Shown here: positions 1 to 13,072 of the stretch, piece after piece
Layout: each line of letters begins with the position of its first letter
How positions within the stretch are numbered: position 1 is the stretch's first letter
Assembly: GCF_006345805.1 (NCBI RefSeq)
Contig: NC_043022.1
Location: 21,886,001-21,950,000, forward strand
DNA length: 64,000 bases
DNA from: Octopus sinensis
Lineage: Eukaryota
Direction: 5' to 3'
Translations under genes and position numbers: made by a program
The notes under the pieces: model-generated
Seen by the model: only the letters and a program-made list of their open reading frames with translations
Database searches by the model: none
Told to the model about the DNA's origin: nothing

Positions 1-439
1 ATTCGTGAACTAGAGGAGGAGAGGGATTGGAAAATAAACTTAGTGCCAGTGGTATATTGAGGTCAATTTCTTTGTCTATATTCAACAAGAAACTAGGGAG
101 CTAAAGTAGCAGTGTGAGAAAAGTTATTCTGGAGGTTTTCGAAAATAGCCGTTTTGTCTGAACAAGTAGAAAAAGAAAAAGAAAAACTTTTTGTTTTAAA
201 TTCTCTCTCGTTTCTAACCGTTTATATTCAACCATGACGCAACGGTTAGTATGTGAGTGTGTAAGTATTTGCATGTAGTTGGTGCAGTAGGAGGAGGAGG
301 AGGTGTGGCCTAAACTTTAAAACCGTAACAGCCATCTTCTATAAAATAGGTTGTTGTTGAGGTGAGGGTGGTGGTAGCGTGATTGGTATTACTGAGATGA
401 AGGTGGTACTGACGGTGACGCGATAATGAATTATTCGTT

Positions 440-965
440 TCTACTCTATGCACAAGGCTCGAAATTTTAGGGGAGGGGGGCTGTTGATTAGATTGACTCA
501 GTACGCAACTGGTACGGTACTTAATTTATCGATCCCAAAAGGATGAAAAGCTAAGTCGACCACGGCAGAATTTGAACTCAGAACGTAAAGACAGACGAAG
601 TACCTATTTCTTTACTACCCACAAGGGGCTAAACACAGGGAGGACAGACAAACGGATTAAGTCGATCATATCTACCCCGGTGCGTAACTGGTACTTATTT
701 AATCAACCCCGAAAGTATGAAAGGCAAAGTCGACCTCGGCGGAATTTGAACTCAGAACCTAGCGGCAGACGAAATACCTATTTCTTTATTACCTACCCAC
801 AAGGGGCTAAACACAGAGAGGACAAACGGATTAAGTCGATCACATCGACCCCAGTACTTGACTGGTACTTAATTTATCGACCCCGAAAGGATGAAAGGCA
901 AAGTCGACCTGGGTGGAATTTGAACTCAGAACGATAATGCTAACGTTTCGGCCAGCTCGCCGCCT
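440..965 (-). mobile_element. tRNA-headed CORE-type SINE, head-to-tail multimer of about 3 units
   Basis: Head ggcgagctggccgaaacgttagc, B-box-like gagttcaaattcc, core gtcgactttgcctttcatcctttcggggtcgataaattaagtacc repeated three times. Confidence 0.8.
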
Positions 966-1922
966 TAATGAGTTAGTTATTGAATTGATGGTTGTGTTAT
1001 TGATTGTGAGGATTTATTGTTGAAGTGGTGACGGCGGCGGTGGTGGCGATGTTTAGTGTCGGATCAAATATTTGCCAACCCGAAAAACATTCAATGTTTT
1101 TGTTGCCCGCCTCTCACCACTACCAACCCCCGAAAGCTTCAACAATTGGAAACAACTCAGTAGCATTTATTGTTCTTCAGTGTTATGGCACTGCGTTAAG
1201 TACAGAGTTGCATTTCTATAATTAAGAATAGGAGAAAAAATAAAGGCAGTTAAAGAATGGAAGGAAAAGCAATTAAAGCAACAAAAAACTGTAAACTCAG
1301 GAAAACACCAAACGATACAACAGAATGAAACAAATGTGATGCACACATGTGCTCAGACAAAACAGTTTTCATAATGTATTCAATTAAACAGTTGGAATAA
1401 TTAGCTGTTATATTGGCACATGGCTATTTATTATATGGGGGTGGATGGTGGAGGGAGGCGTAGTTATCATCATCATCGTTTAACGTCTGCTTTCCATGCT
1501 AGCATGTGTTGGACGATTTTGACTGAGAGCTGGCAAACCAGATGGCTTCACCAGGCTCCAATCTTGATTTAGCAGAGTTTCTACAGCTGGATGCCCTTCC
1601 TAATGCCAACCACTCCGAGAGTGTAGTGGGTCCTTTTTACGTGCTACCGGCATGGGGGCCAGTCAGGCAGTACTGGCAATGACCTCACTCGAATCTTTTC
1701 TGGTCATTTTTATCATGTTTGGATGGGTGTAAGAAGCCGTTTTCTTCTTTTAGTTGCTATTTGAGTTAGACAAACTTAATTTTAAAAATTTAGGTAAACA
1801 GCTGCAGGCATGGCTATGTGGTAAGAAGTTTGCTTCCCAACCACATGATTCCAGGTTCAGTCCTTCTGTGTGGTACCTTGGGCAAATATGTCTTGTATTA
1901 TAGCCTTGGGCCGACTGCATAA

Positions 1923-2160
1923 GGGATCTTTTCGGTTTGAACGGCAGTTTTTAACATAATTTCTTGGTAACTAAAAAATTTAAAACTTATACTGGTAGAA
2001 TGTGTTTATAAAACATCTTTTTCTCTTGGCTTTATTGAGAAAATTCTATAGTTTGTAAGATATTTGTTGTTTTTTTTCTTCAAGTTCTGCAATTTCAACC
2101 AATCAATGACGTCTATTGAGGTAAAAAAAAACATTCTGTGCCGTATGAATATGCCCCTCG
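1923..2160. mobile_element. Truncated relative of the 12011 element
   Basis: Same 5' end ggatcttttcggtttgaacggcagttttt. Same core but in the opposite orientation. Confidence 0.8.
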
Positions 2161-2325
2161 TAAAAGCACCCACTACACTCTCGGAGTGGTTGGCATTAGG
2201 AAGGGCATCCAGCTGTAGAAACTCTGCCAGATCAAGACTGGAGCCTGGTGCAGCCATCTGGTTCACCAGCCCACAGTCAAACCGTCCAACCCATGCTAGC
2301 ATGGAAAGCGGACGTTAAATGACGA

Positions 2326-2371
<46 letters not shown>

Positions 2372-3114
2372 AAAGCGGACATTAAATGATGATGATGATA
2401 TATATATATATATATATATATAGTCTAGGTGTGTACATAGCACAAAACTGAATTAATACCAGTTATCTCTGGACTATATTTGCAACTACATTACCTTTTA
2501 GTTTGATCTAGGATAAACATCAGGTGCCTTTTTTTCTAGTTGTGTCTACAGTATCATACTGGGTTAAAACCCCGTTATCTGTCTAGATTATATTTACATC
2601 TACACTCCATTTCCATCGGTTTAGTCTCTGATAATTGCCAGGTGTCTTATTCCTGCATATAGGCATAGTACCAGATTAGATTCCTATTTCCTAGTTTTGA
2701 ATTGTATGCATGCAAAAAGGAATAAGACACCTGATGACTATCAGAGATCAAATTGATTGGATTATAGCTTAAAGTGGAAATCTTTTCATCTCTAAGATGA
2801 GTTTAATAGTTCTGGAAAATTATAATTGGAACCTGATTATTGTTAACATGCAGTTAAATATTGTTGTTTAACACCAGGTTAGTCCTAAACCAACAACAAA
2901 CTAATGCATGTATGTATGTATGTGTATGTACGTACATATGCCCATACATACACAGTGTAAGTATTTGAAATTAGATCTAGATAAGTGGTTCTCAACTATT
3001 TTTTTTTTTATCTAAGGATCCCTTTAATAAACCAACAACAAACTAATACATGTGTGTATATACATACATATGCCCATACATACATTTTGTAAGTATTTGA
3101 AATTAGATCTAGAT

Positions 3115-3548
3115 AAGTGGTTCTCAACTATTTTTTTTTTAATCTATGGATCTCTTTAATTACTATTTCATTCTGGTGGACTCCCATAGCCATTTGATGT
3201 TTCAAAACCGTTTTTTATAGATGCTTCTTTCAAAATTTCCATTTTGCTTTTCACTTGTTCACTAGTGTAGGCTTTTAATAGAATGGTCTGAGAGAACTTG
3301 TTTCAGTGACCAGAAACATGTTGAACTATAAAGACCTTAAAATCCTTACAAATGTTTCAGCCCGAAGGCTGCGGCCATACTGGGGCACCAGTAAAACATT
3401 AGAGAAAAAAACCTAGTTGTTTCTTACAATAGATACATCTAACGCAAAATTTTTTCATAGACACTTAGAATACTGCTGTGGATCTTCAATTCATTATTTT
3501 GACCCCAGATTTTTATATGGACCCCTGGGGGTCAGTTGAGAACTACTG
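3115..3548. mobile_element. hAT/Charlie-type MITE
   Basis: TIRs aagtggttctcaac / gttgagaactactg, 8-bp TSD ATCTAGAT/ATGTAGAT. Related fragment near 14310-14375. Confidence 0.85.
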
Positions 3549-3650
3549 ATGTAGATGACTTTGTAGTCTCTGCACTGCTATTAGTGTAAAACAATATGTG
3601 TTGTTCATTTCCTGATGAGCTTCATTGGAGTTTTAAAGTTAGTTACACAT

Positions 3651-3822
3651 AGGCGTAGGAGTGGCTGTGTGGTAAGTAGCTTGTTTACCAACCACATGGT
3701 TCCGGGTTCAGTCCCACAGCCTGGCACCTTGGGCAAGTGTCTTCTACTATAGCCTCAGGCCGACCAAAGCCTTGTGAGTGGATTTGGTAGACGGAAACTG
3801 AAAGAAGCCCGTCGTATATATG

Positions 3823-3856
<34 letters not shown>

Positions 3857-4075
3857 GGTGTATATATGTTTGTGTGTCTGTGTTTGTACCCCCAACATCA
3901 ATTGACAAGCGATGCTGGTGTGTTTACGTCACCGTAACTTAGCGGTTCGGCAAAAGAGACTGATAGAATAAGTAGTAGGCTTACAAAGAATAAGTCCTGG
4001 GGTTGATCTGCTCAACTAAAGGTGGTGCTCCAGCATGGCCACAGTCAAATAATCGAAACAAGTAAAAGAGTAAAA
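3651..4075 (+). mobile_element. Composite tRNA-derived SINE (family A): head, conserved central domain, TA/TG microsatellite, second core-like half
   Basis: A-box TGGCTGTGTGG, B-box GGTTCAGTCC, gccttgtgagtggatttggtagacggaaactgaaagaagccc, 3' end gaaacaagtaaaagag. Confidence 0.88.
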
Positions 4076-4778
4076 TTAAAAAGTTAATAATAAAAATAAG
4101 AGTTCAAATTTCTGTCTGCTCAAAATAACACATCTGAACCTAAAATGTTATCTGCTTGAGATTGCTCGATGGGATGTCTTTGAGTTAGTCTGATTATACC
4201 TACTGGGATCCGGGCAAAATAAATAGATAAAAGCCACAGGACAGGAAAAGCAGTTAAAGTATCACAGTTAAATATCTTTCTCCCCCATGCCCCACCAATA
4301 CTTGGGATATCATTATTTAAACTAGGTCTTTACCTGTCATTATACTGCCAGTAAAAATATTTGTTAAATCATGCACTTCCCTTTTTTTTAATAGTATACT
4401 GTTGTGAAAGTCTTGTTAGTTGTTATACTGACAACAGTCTATCTATCTACCTATCCATCCATCATCTATCTATCCTTCCTTCCTTCCTTCCTTTCAATAC
4501 ATATACACACACACACTCTTTCTCTCCCAGCAATAATATCATTATAGTGGAAGTCATTTTTTAAAGTATGTTTAGCATTGTCTCTATGTTTAAAGATATA
4601 ACAGAAACACATACACACACACAAACAACCAAAAGAATAACTGTATTGTTATCCTATAATGAAAATTTGTTTTGAAAGCTGTGTTGTGTTGACAGGCTTG
4701 CACTTAAAAATTCCCACATTTTTTAATCAAAACTTGTTAATTACTATGGTGACAACACTGTCTATCTATATATCTATA

Positions 4779-4841
<63 letters not shown>

Positions 4842-5729
4842 TCCCCCCCCCACTCTATCACACTGTATTCCTTTCTTAACTTTTCCTCCTCTTCTAAAAA
4901 TGCTCTGTGACATATATTTTGATTCCTCCTCTTCTTTCCCTTCCTCTGATAGATGTTGTGATGGACAGAGATCCACTTCTCTTTAATAATATAAGATTGC
5001 ACTGCCATTGTGTACAAATCATGCATTGTCTATTAATAAAAGCAATTTATAATATTTGTTTCATTACTTTAATTATTATTCATAATATTTGAGTGAAATG
5101 TGATATATTCCCTTTGTCTTTATTTTCATTTCCCACCTATTATGGCGTTGTATTACACATTGTCATTTCGTACATTAGAATATCATACACTGAACTTGTT
5201 TAAAAACAAATCGAGAAACACTTCATTGTATCAAAACTACTTCAAAAGCTTTCGATGAATAAATTGTTGACCTCTTTATTTCCAAATCATCCTGTTTGTT
5301 TTCCCATTGGTTTAAAATTCAGACTTGCGGATCCTTTATTATTCAGTACTGTTTTTTCCTGTTAGTCACAATATTAGATGATTAACAAATCTTTATTTAT
5401 CACAATTTCATTACAAAGATACAAAGAATGTATCCTTACTGAAACTATATACTTCCATAATTACATTTACTCATTTTAGTCACTGCTAGACTACACTCCA
5501 CTGATTTAGGTTTAATAAGACTGAAGACATGTCTTTAGTTGTCACTATATTGCTAAATATCTGAGACTGGGATTTGAATTCAGAGTGCAGAAAGTCAGAA
5601 TGAATATTGCAAAGGAATATCTCCAATACTCTAACAACTCTGCCAATCAACTGCCTTTAATATATCCATACACACACATGCTCACACACATTTATACAGC
5701 TAGCACAGATTCATATAGATACCTCTGTA

Positions 5730-5783
<54 letters not shown>

Positions 5784-6042
5784 CATATATATATATCATC
5801 ATCATTGTTTAGCGTCCGCTTTCCATCCTAGCATGGGTTGGACGGTTCAACTGGGGTCTGGGAAGCCAGAAGGCTGCACCAGGCCCAGTCTGATCTGGCA
5901 ATGTTTCTATGGCTAGATGCCCTTCCTAACGCCAACCACTCCGTGAGTGTAGTGGGTGCTTTTTACGTGCCACCGGCACAGGTGCCAGATGAGGCTGGTA
6001 AACGGCCACGATCGGATGGTGCTTTTTACATGCCAGATACAT

Positions 6043-6150
6043 ACAGGGTGCGATGGGTGAATTGTCACCATTTTATATTTTTAATTTTACACATGTGCAT
6101 TGTTTATGATTTTGTCAACGACATAGTAGGGTCAGTTGGGCACTGTCTGT
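6043..6150 (+). mobile_element. Terminal fragment of the same maT family
   Basis: cagggtgcgatgggtgaattgtcacc...agtagggtcagttgggcactgt matches the reverse complement of 37870-37976. Confidence 0.8.
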
Positions 6151-7583
6151 GGGGGGCTCGAGGAGAGGAGTTTCAGAAAATTCACAAGTTGGCTTTGTTT
6201 CCTCATAACTTTCGGAAAAATGGGTATTTTGAAATAATTTTCTACAAATACCTTTCAGTGTGTATAGATTAGAATTTTACTGGAATGTGATGTGAAAAGA
6301 AAAATGGTGAGCATACATACTGATACACATCTCAATTTTATTTGAAATGTCAGTATGTGTGCGAGCACACCAAATTTTTTTTTTTACATACTCTGAAAGT
6401 TTTTCTGGCAGTTGACCTCTCTTGATATGTTTGTTGGAGACATAAGATGTAAGGACATAGGATGTTTTTCGACAGTGTTATAGCTACACACCTTCTTGAC
6501 TTAAATCTCTTCTAATCGTCAAGTATTTCGTGTCTATCTCTAAGGCAATCTCTCAACAACTATCTGTTGTTTCAAACGTTTTTTTTCACACAACAAACAA
6601 AACAGATGCCTTCCGGCGGAAATCTGTTGGGATGGTTTCAAAGTGAAAAGAAGCACCAGTTTCTGAATTTTAGACTAGATTTTTAATGTCAATTGAGGAA
6701 GGAGTGTTACAGCTACACACCTTGATTCAAATTTTGCTTCTCTCTCTAAGGCAATATCTCAACAACTATCCGTTTAAAACGTTTTTTTTTTTTACTCTGG
6801 TCATAGATAAACTAAACCCTAAATGAGTCATACAAGGCCAGCCCCTATCTGGTTGTCAAATCTTCCTTAAGTACACTTGTTTGCAGTGTTGTTCTCATTG
6901 TCGGGTTATAGTTAAATTAAACCTTAAACAAGTCATACTAGGTTGTCTCTATCTGGTTGCTCCTCCTCAAGAAAGGACAGTCAAATCTAACTGTTTTTTG
7001 TTTTGAAAAGAAAAAGCAACAAGCAGAAAGCTTTATATGGGCATGTTTTTAATTATGTATTGTCTTGTAGATTTGATATTACAACAATATTGTTTATTTT
7101 ATGAATGGCAATGTAGGGTCAGTATGAGAGGCCACTTTGAACCTAAAACTGGTAAAATATTTGGGCTGGATATGGCCAGTTTAGATGCTAAAGTGTTATT
7201 CCTGATTGAAATATAAGCCTAGTTGTTAAAGTGTTGTTTTTAAATCTAAAGCATTCATATTATTATGCAACATAAAGGCATTCTTTGGTTAACATTAAAT
7301 GCACTGAAACTATTGTACATATGCACGAATGCACACACATTGGCATTGCAACTTGCTATATTTTTGACTAAACTTATTTAGCAAGAAATGAAAGTTATGT
7401 TAGCCAAAAAGTTGGAAGGTACTAGATGTTAACCAAAACATGGAAGGTGCTACAGGCTAGAGATGGATACACATATGTGTATGTGTGTATACATAAATAC
7501 ACACACACACACATATATTTACATTCACACATACATAAGTACATATATGTATATACTCACACATATACATATATACACATACA

Positions 7584-7639
<56 letters not shown>

Positions 7640-7662
7640 CACATACATATATATACATAGGT

Positions 7663-7706
<44 letters not shown>

Positions 7707-7959
7707 TATATATATATTTGCCTGCGTGGATTGTTTTCAAGTACTTTGGTTTTTCTGGGAGCCCTTTTTAAAGTAGAAGGAATAGCTAAGATTTTTTGAC
7801 TGCTATTTCTAAACTTCGGTATGTGGTGAAGCAAATCTCTGCTGAACCCTAATTATAAAGTATTACTTAAGCTTACCATGAAATGGTCTTTTTCATGCCG
7901 AATTCTACTTGGTGAAATTAATGATTACTTCTTAATTAATTAATTTTACCCTTTGTTAT

Positions 7960-8001
<42 letters not shown>

Positions 8002-8479
8002 TATACACACCCACACAGTATGTTCAATCATACACTGTCACAACTTCATCTTTAGTGCCTTCCCCCCCCCCTCGTTCTTCTCTGCTTCTCTACCATACCA
8101 AAGTTTCAATGATCTTTGTCATAGATTCCAAGAATTATTCACATTCCACTCTGCAGGTTTTCAAAGACAGCAAAATTTTTCTTTGTCTTTCCACCCACCA
8201 CATACCACCATCCCTGCACCTTTCTCCATCTCCTTATTCTTTCTGTTTTTCCATTTTTCCCTCTTCCCAAAGACATTCTCGAAAACAATTGGTTACCGAT
8301 GGATATTGTGTGCGTATGTGCAAATCTGTGTATCAGTGTGTGCCTGTGACTTGCACTCGACTATGCATGCGTGTAGCTGTTGATTCTAATAATGACATCA
8401 ACATGTATGACATAGTTACAATATGAATGTAGTATTTCTCACAACAATGGCATCTGGAACCTCATGTCGTCTCCTTGCA

Positions 8480-8880
8480 CTAATACCATTCTCCCTTCCT
8501 CCCACTCTTACACTGCTGCTGTTGCTCTCCCTCCCTCCTTTATTTGTACTGCTGCTACTCTCCCTCTCCTTATGCCTTTTCTGCAGTGTACTTTTGCTGT
8601 TGCTCTCCTCATTTCTCTCCTCTACTGTTGATCTCCTCCTTACTCTCTCTTGCTTATATTAATGCTGTTGCTCTCCATTACTGCTGCCCCCCCCTCCACC
8701 ACACACTGTTCGTCCCTTCCTCTGGCTTCCACTCACAGTGCTGCTGTTGCTCTTCCTCCTATTCTCTCTCTCGCTGCTACTACACTCCTCTCTCCCTCCC
8801 TTTCTCGCTATTACATTCCCACCACTTTTTCTCACACCACTACTGCCTTTCTCTCTCTCTCCCACCACCATCCCCTTTCT
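8480..8880. repeat. CT-rich low-complexity tract
   Basis: Polypyrimidine mosaic of ctgctgtt/ctctcc motifs. Confidence 0.8.
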
Positions 8881-9140
8881 GCCAGACCAGTTGTTGAAGG
8901 TTGGAAAGAATTCCGAAATTCCTGTTGAATTCCTGCTGGATTCTTGCTGTATTACTGTTGAATTTCTGCTGCATTCCTGCTGGATTCCTACTGCATTACT
9001 GTTGAATTTCTGTGGAAATTCCACCAGAAATAAATCAATAAAATAACTACTTGATGGAAATTTAGGGAAGCAACCTGAAGAAAGGAGGGGAGAGGTAGTA
9101 GATAATGCAAGAAGAGGATTTATATATATACTTCCATTAT

Positions 9141-9346
9141 ACAGTAAATCCCTGACTATTGCGGGTATCACATTCCAAAACCTCCCACAGAAATAATTAA
9201 AATCTAAAAAAAATTTAAATACCTTAGCTGCAGAAACCTGGATATATTAAGGAGACTGCAATATGAATTTCTATATATTAGCCAGGAAAATCTGTGATGT
9301 ATTGAGTGCACAATAGGTGAACCGCGATATAGTGAGGGATTACCGT
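9141..9346. mobile_element. Tigger/pogo-type MITE
   Basis: Imperfect TIRs cagtaaatccctgactattgcgg / ccgcgatatagtgagggattaccg, TA on the left flank. Confidence 0.72.
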
Positions 9347-9352
9347 GTACAC

Positions 9353-9570
9353 CAGTGGTTTTCAACCAGGGTTCCGCGGAACCATAGAGTTCTGCCAGTA
9401 CAGTCCAGGGGTTCCGCAAGAAGTTACAAAACTGCTAAAATCGGCAGTAATTTTTAATTCTCCTGTGCAGATATGTGTGCATAATACTATTAAATTATTG
9501 CCCAGGGTTCCTCGAGCCAGTGGAATGTTTCCTTGGGGTTCCGCTCCAGCAAAAAGTTTGAAAAGCACTG
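9353..9570. mobile_element. hAT/Charlie-type MITE
   Basis: TIRs cagtggttttcaa / ttgaaaagcactg, perfect 8-bp TSD GTGTACAC on both sides. Confidence 0.92.
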
Positions 9571-12010
9571 GTGTACACAATACAATGAGAGTATGGACAC
9601 TGCTCTCTTCATCTTTTGATTATAGATAAATATTTAAATTCCGTAATATATCTTCTCTTTTACTTGTTTCGCTTATTCGACTGCGACCATGCTGGGGCTC
9701 CATCTAAGAAAATTTTTTTAGTCAAATGACTTGACATTAGATCTTACTTTTTAAGTCTGGTTCTTATTCTATTGGTCTCTTTTGCTGAACTGCTAAGCTA
9801 CACAAATACAAACATACCAGTACCAGTTGTCAAGTGGTGGTGAGGTTGAAGGCATGAGGGGAAAAGTTGGTAGTGATGGTAATGTGGAGGCACATGGCCT
9901 TGTGGTTAGAGTAGCGGACTATTATTTGCTTTTCATATGATTTTTTAGTGGTTAAATCAAACAGTTACAAATAAGCATTTGGTGATGAAAACATTGCTAT
10001 TAAACTGTTTCATTTCCTTTAATTGTACAAAGTTAAATTAGATAATAGATTAATCATTTTATTTCTCAAGATAAAAAAAAAAAAAAGGTGAATATAATTA
10101 TGTATTTTTTTAACTGACGAGGTTTATATGTGGGAGTTTTTACTTAAGGGTTGTGTCTGTATTATGTGTGTTAGAAATCAGTTAACTCTCCCTCACATTC
10201 CACCTATCTTAAAAACGACATATTGGATATTGTACTCCTAGATACACTGTCTGGAACAACTATGATCAGACAAAAGACCCCATTTGGCAGATAAATAAAA
10301 ACAACAACAAAAAACACCTTTAGTGAATTTGAACTCAAGATGCACGAGTTTGTCCTTTCACCCTCCCTATTCTGCATTTTCTGGGTGGTTCTGCTGTGTT
10401 ATTTCAAAATGCTTCGAAGTGGAATTCTATTGGTTGGTTCTAGAAAATATGAACCATTTAACTTCCCAGCTATGACATTAAAACATTTAACGGCAGTTTT
10501 ACATAATTGGAACATTTGTTGTATCTCATAGCAACCACCGATCTCATGTCAATGAAAGGTCAACAGGAAGTTAGGGTGAGCCTGACAGAATAATTGCCCA
10601 TTTATTACCCCACTCGCCTGCCTCTTTCTCCATGTTTTCTCCTGATTAAAATGATTTTCTTAGATAAGCACCAACAGCCATTGATGATTAGGGTAGAGAG
10701 AAAGATAGATAGAGGGAGAGAGAGAGAGATTGTTGTTTAACCCTAGGCCAGCTCTAATCGAGATGCTCTCTCCTGCTTTCTGCCTCACTCTTCGCCTTAT
10801 CCTCTTTTTCTCTCTCTCCTTATTCACAGGTCCTGCTAGTAATAATAATCCTTTCTACTATAGGTACAGGCTTGAAATTTGTGGGAAGAGGTTAGTTGAT
10901 TATATCAACCCCAGTATTCAACTGGTACTTATTTTATTGACCCTGAAAGGATGAAAGGCAAAGTCAACCTCAGTAGAATTTGAACTCACAATGTAAAGAT
11001 GGATGAAATACTGTTAAGTATTTTTTCCAGTATTCAAGTGATTCTGCCAGTTTACTGTCTTTCTAGTAGTAATAATAATAATAATCATCATCATCATCAA
11101 ACATCCGCTTTCCATGCTAGCATGGGTTGGACGGTTTTGACTGAGGGCTGGCAACCAGTCTTGATCTGGCAGAGTTTCTACAGCTGGATGCCCTTCCTAA
11201 TGCCAACCACTCTGAGAGTGTAGTGGGTGCTTTTACGTGCCACCTGCATGGGGGCCAGTCAGGCGGTACTGGCAATGACCTCGCTCGAATCTTTTTACAC
11301 ATGCCACCGATACAGGTGCCAGTGAAGTGACGTTGGTAACAATCATGCTCGAATGGTGCCCTTCTACGTGCCACGGGTACTGAAGCCAGTTGACTGCTCT
11401 GGCAACGATCACAATGATCACGCTCGGATGGTGTTCTTGGCACCCTACTAGCACAGTCATAAGTGCCAGTAAGGCGACACTGGTAACGATCATACTCGAA
11501 TAGCCTCTCTGTCAACGATCACACTCGTATGGTGCTCAATAATGATAATAATTTTGGCACAAGGCCTGAAATGTTAGGGGAAGGGCTAAGCTAGTCCTAT
11601 TACCGAACCATCAATGCTTCTAATAATAACAAGTAATAATAATAATTATTATTGTTATTCAGAGATCCTGTTGTGTATTACTGGTTGTTTGCGTTTTTGA
11701 GTTCTATAATTTCTTGCATTTTCCCATGATTAGGATTTCATAGTTAATTAGTAAGTTCTCATTATCATTTAAAATTTTCTTGTTGATAACTAATTTATTT
11801 GATAATTAACTTCTCATACAATTAAGCTGGTATGTTTATCTTATATAAACGGACTGTGTTTTACCACAAATATCACCATCACCACCAGCACCACCACCAC
11901 CACAACATCCTACCACACTCCAGTATCAAGTGACACACCTAATGAATATTATATAGAAATATATTCAAATTTCCAGGAATTTTATTCATGTCAGTTGAAA
12001 TGGATGACTC

Positions 12011-12446
12011 GGATCTTTCTGGGTTTGAACGGCAGTTTTTTCTAGCGGTGTCATATGAAATTGTCACCCATAATTATGACCCATAGTATCGATCTATTGC
12101 ATTTCAATCTGTTTTAGGGTTAGGGCTAGGGGTGGGGAAAGGGTATCTTTTTTTTCTTCAGAAATGTAAATAAACCCAATCTGTTTCTTAAACGAGGGAC
12201 ATATTCATACAGCACAGAATGTTTTTTTTACCTCAATAGACGTCAGCAATTGGTTGAAATTGAAGGAAAAAAAACTAATATTTTACAAACTATAAACAGA
12301 TTGGGTTTATTTACATTTCGGAAGAAAAAAAAGATACCCTTCCCCCACCCCTAACCCTAACCCTAAAACAGATTGAAATGCAATAGATCGATACTAGGGT
12401 CATAATTATGGGTGACAATTTCATATGACACCGCTAGAAAAGATCC
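12011..12446. mobile_element. Foldback/MITE-like element with ~148-bp inverted arms containing TTAGGG-type repeats
   Basis: Arms at about 12039-12186 and 12293-12441 are near-perfect reverse complements. Termini ggatcttt / aaagatcc. Confidence 0.88.
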
Positions 12447-12663
12447 TTGCCCTGAGCTAAATGACAAGGAAGAACACATTTGATAATGTAGTCCAAGATA
12501 AACAATGTCTAAATACAAGACTGGATGGTTACAAGTGTAGTGCCTTTAATCAAAGATCTGACCTGGAGCTAAAAGACAGGATGATCATGGCTGGAGTGCC
12601 TTTGGACATAGATCTGTTTGTGGATCAGATCTAACCTGGGTCTGAACAACAAAGTTTCTATAA

Positions 12664-13072
12664 GCACAGGAGTGGCTGTGTGTGTGGTAAGTAGCATGCT
12701 AACCAACCACATGGTTCCGGGTTCAGTCCCACTGCGTGGCACCCTGGGCAAGTGTCTTCTGCTATAGCCCCGGGCCGACCAAAGCCTTGTGAGTGGATTT
12801 GGTAGACGGAAACTGAAAGAAGCCCATCGTATATATGTATATATATATATATATGTATATGTTTGTGTGTCTGTGTTTGTCCCTCTAGCATTGCTTGACA
12901 ACCGATGCTGGTGTGTTTACGTCCCCGTCACCTAGCGGTTCAGCAAAAGAGACCGATAGAATAAGTACTGGGCTTACAAAGAATAAGTCCTGGGGTCGAG
13001 TTGCTCGACTAAAGGCGGTGCTCCAGCATGGCCGCAGTCAAATGACTGAAACAAGTAAAAGAGAAAGAGAGA
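12664..13072 (+). mobile_element. SINE family A copy
   Basis: Same motifs as 3651-4075. Confidence 0.88.

Noticed and set aside
3651-3730. tRNA genes at SINE heads (also 20963 and 21252)
   Set aside because: A and B boxes are present, but there is no complete cloverleaf or acceptor stem and each continues into a SINE body
5838-6272. 144-aa ORF and its many near-copies (17209, 23518, 29822, 55224, 59634)
   Set aside because: Antisense reading of the RTE 3' UTR repeat; no gene context
7426-7834. Long YI/CV/HT-rich ORFs here and at 25081, 28258, 30755, 41339 and 43845
   Set aside because: Translations of TA/CA microsatellites, which lack stops in several frames
10530-10577. Possible small exon (ctcatAG...AGG|GTGAGC) and a similar one near 34230-34285
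   Set aside because: Splice-like signals only; no recognisable peptide or verifiable partner exon
12118-12135. Telomere or chromosome-fusion site
   Set aside because: Only 2-3 TTAGGG-type units, embedded in the arms of a mobile element
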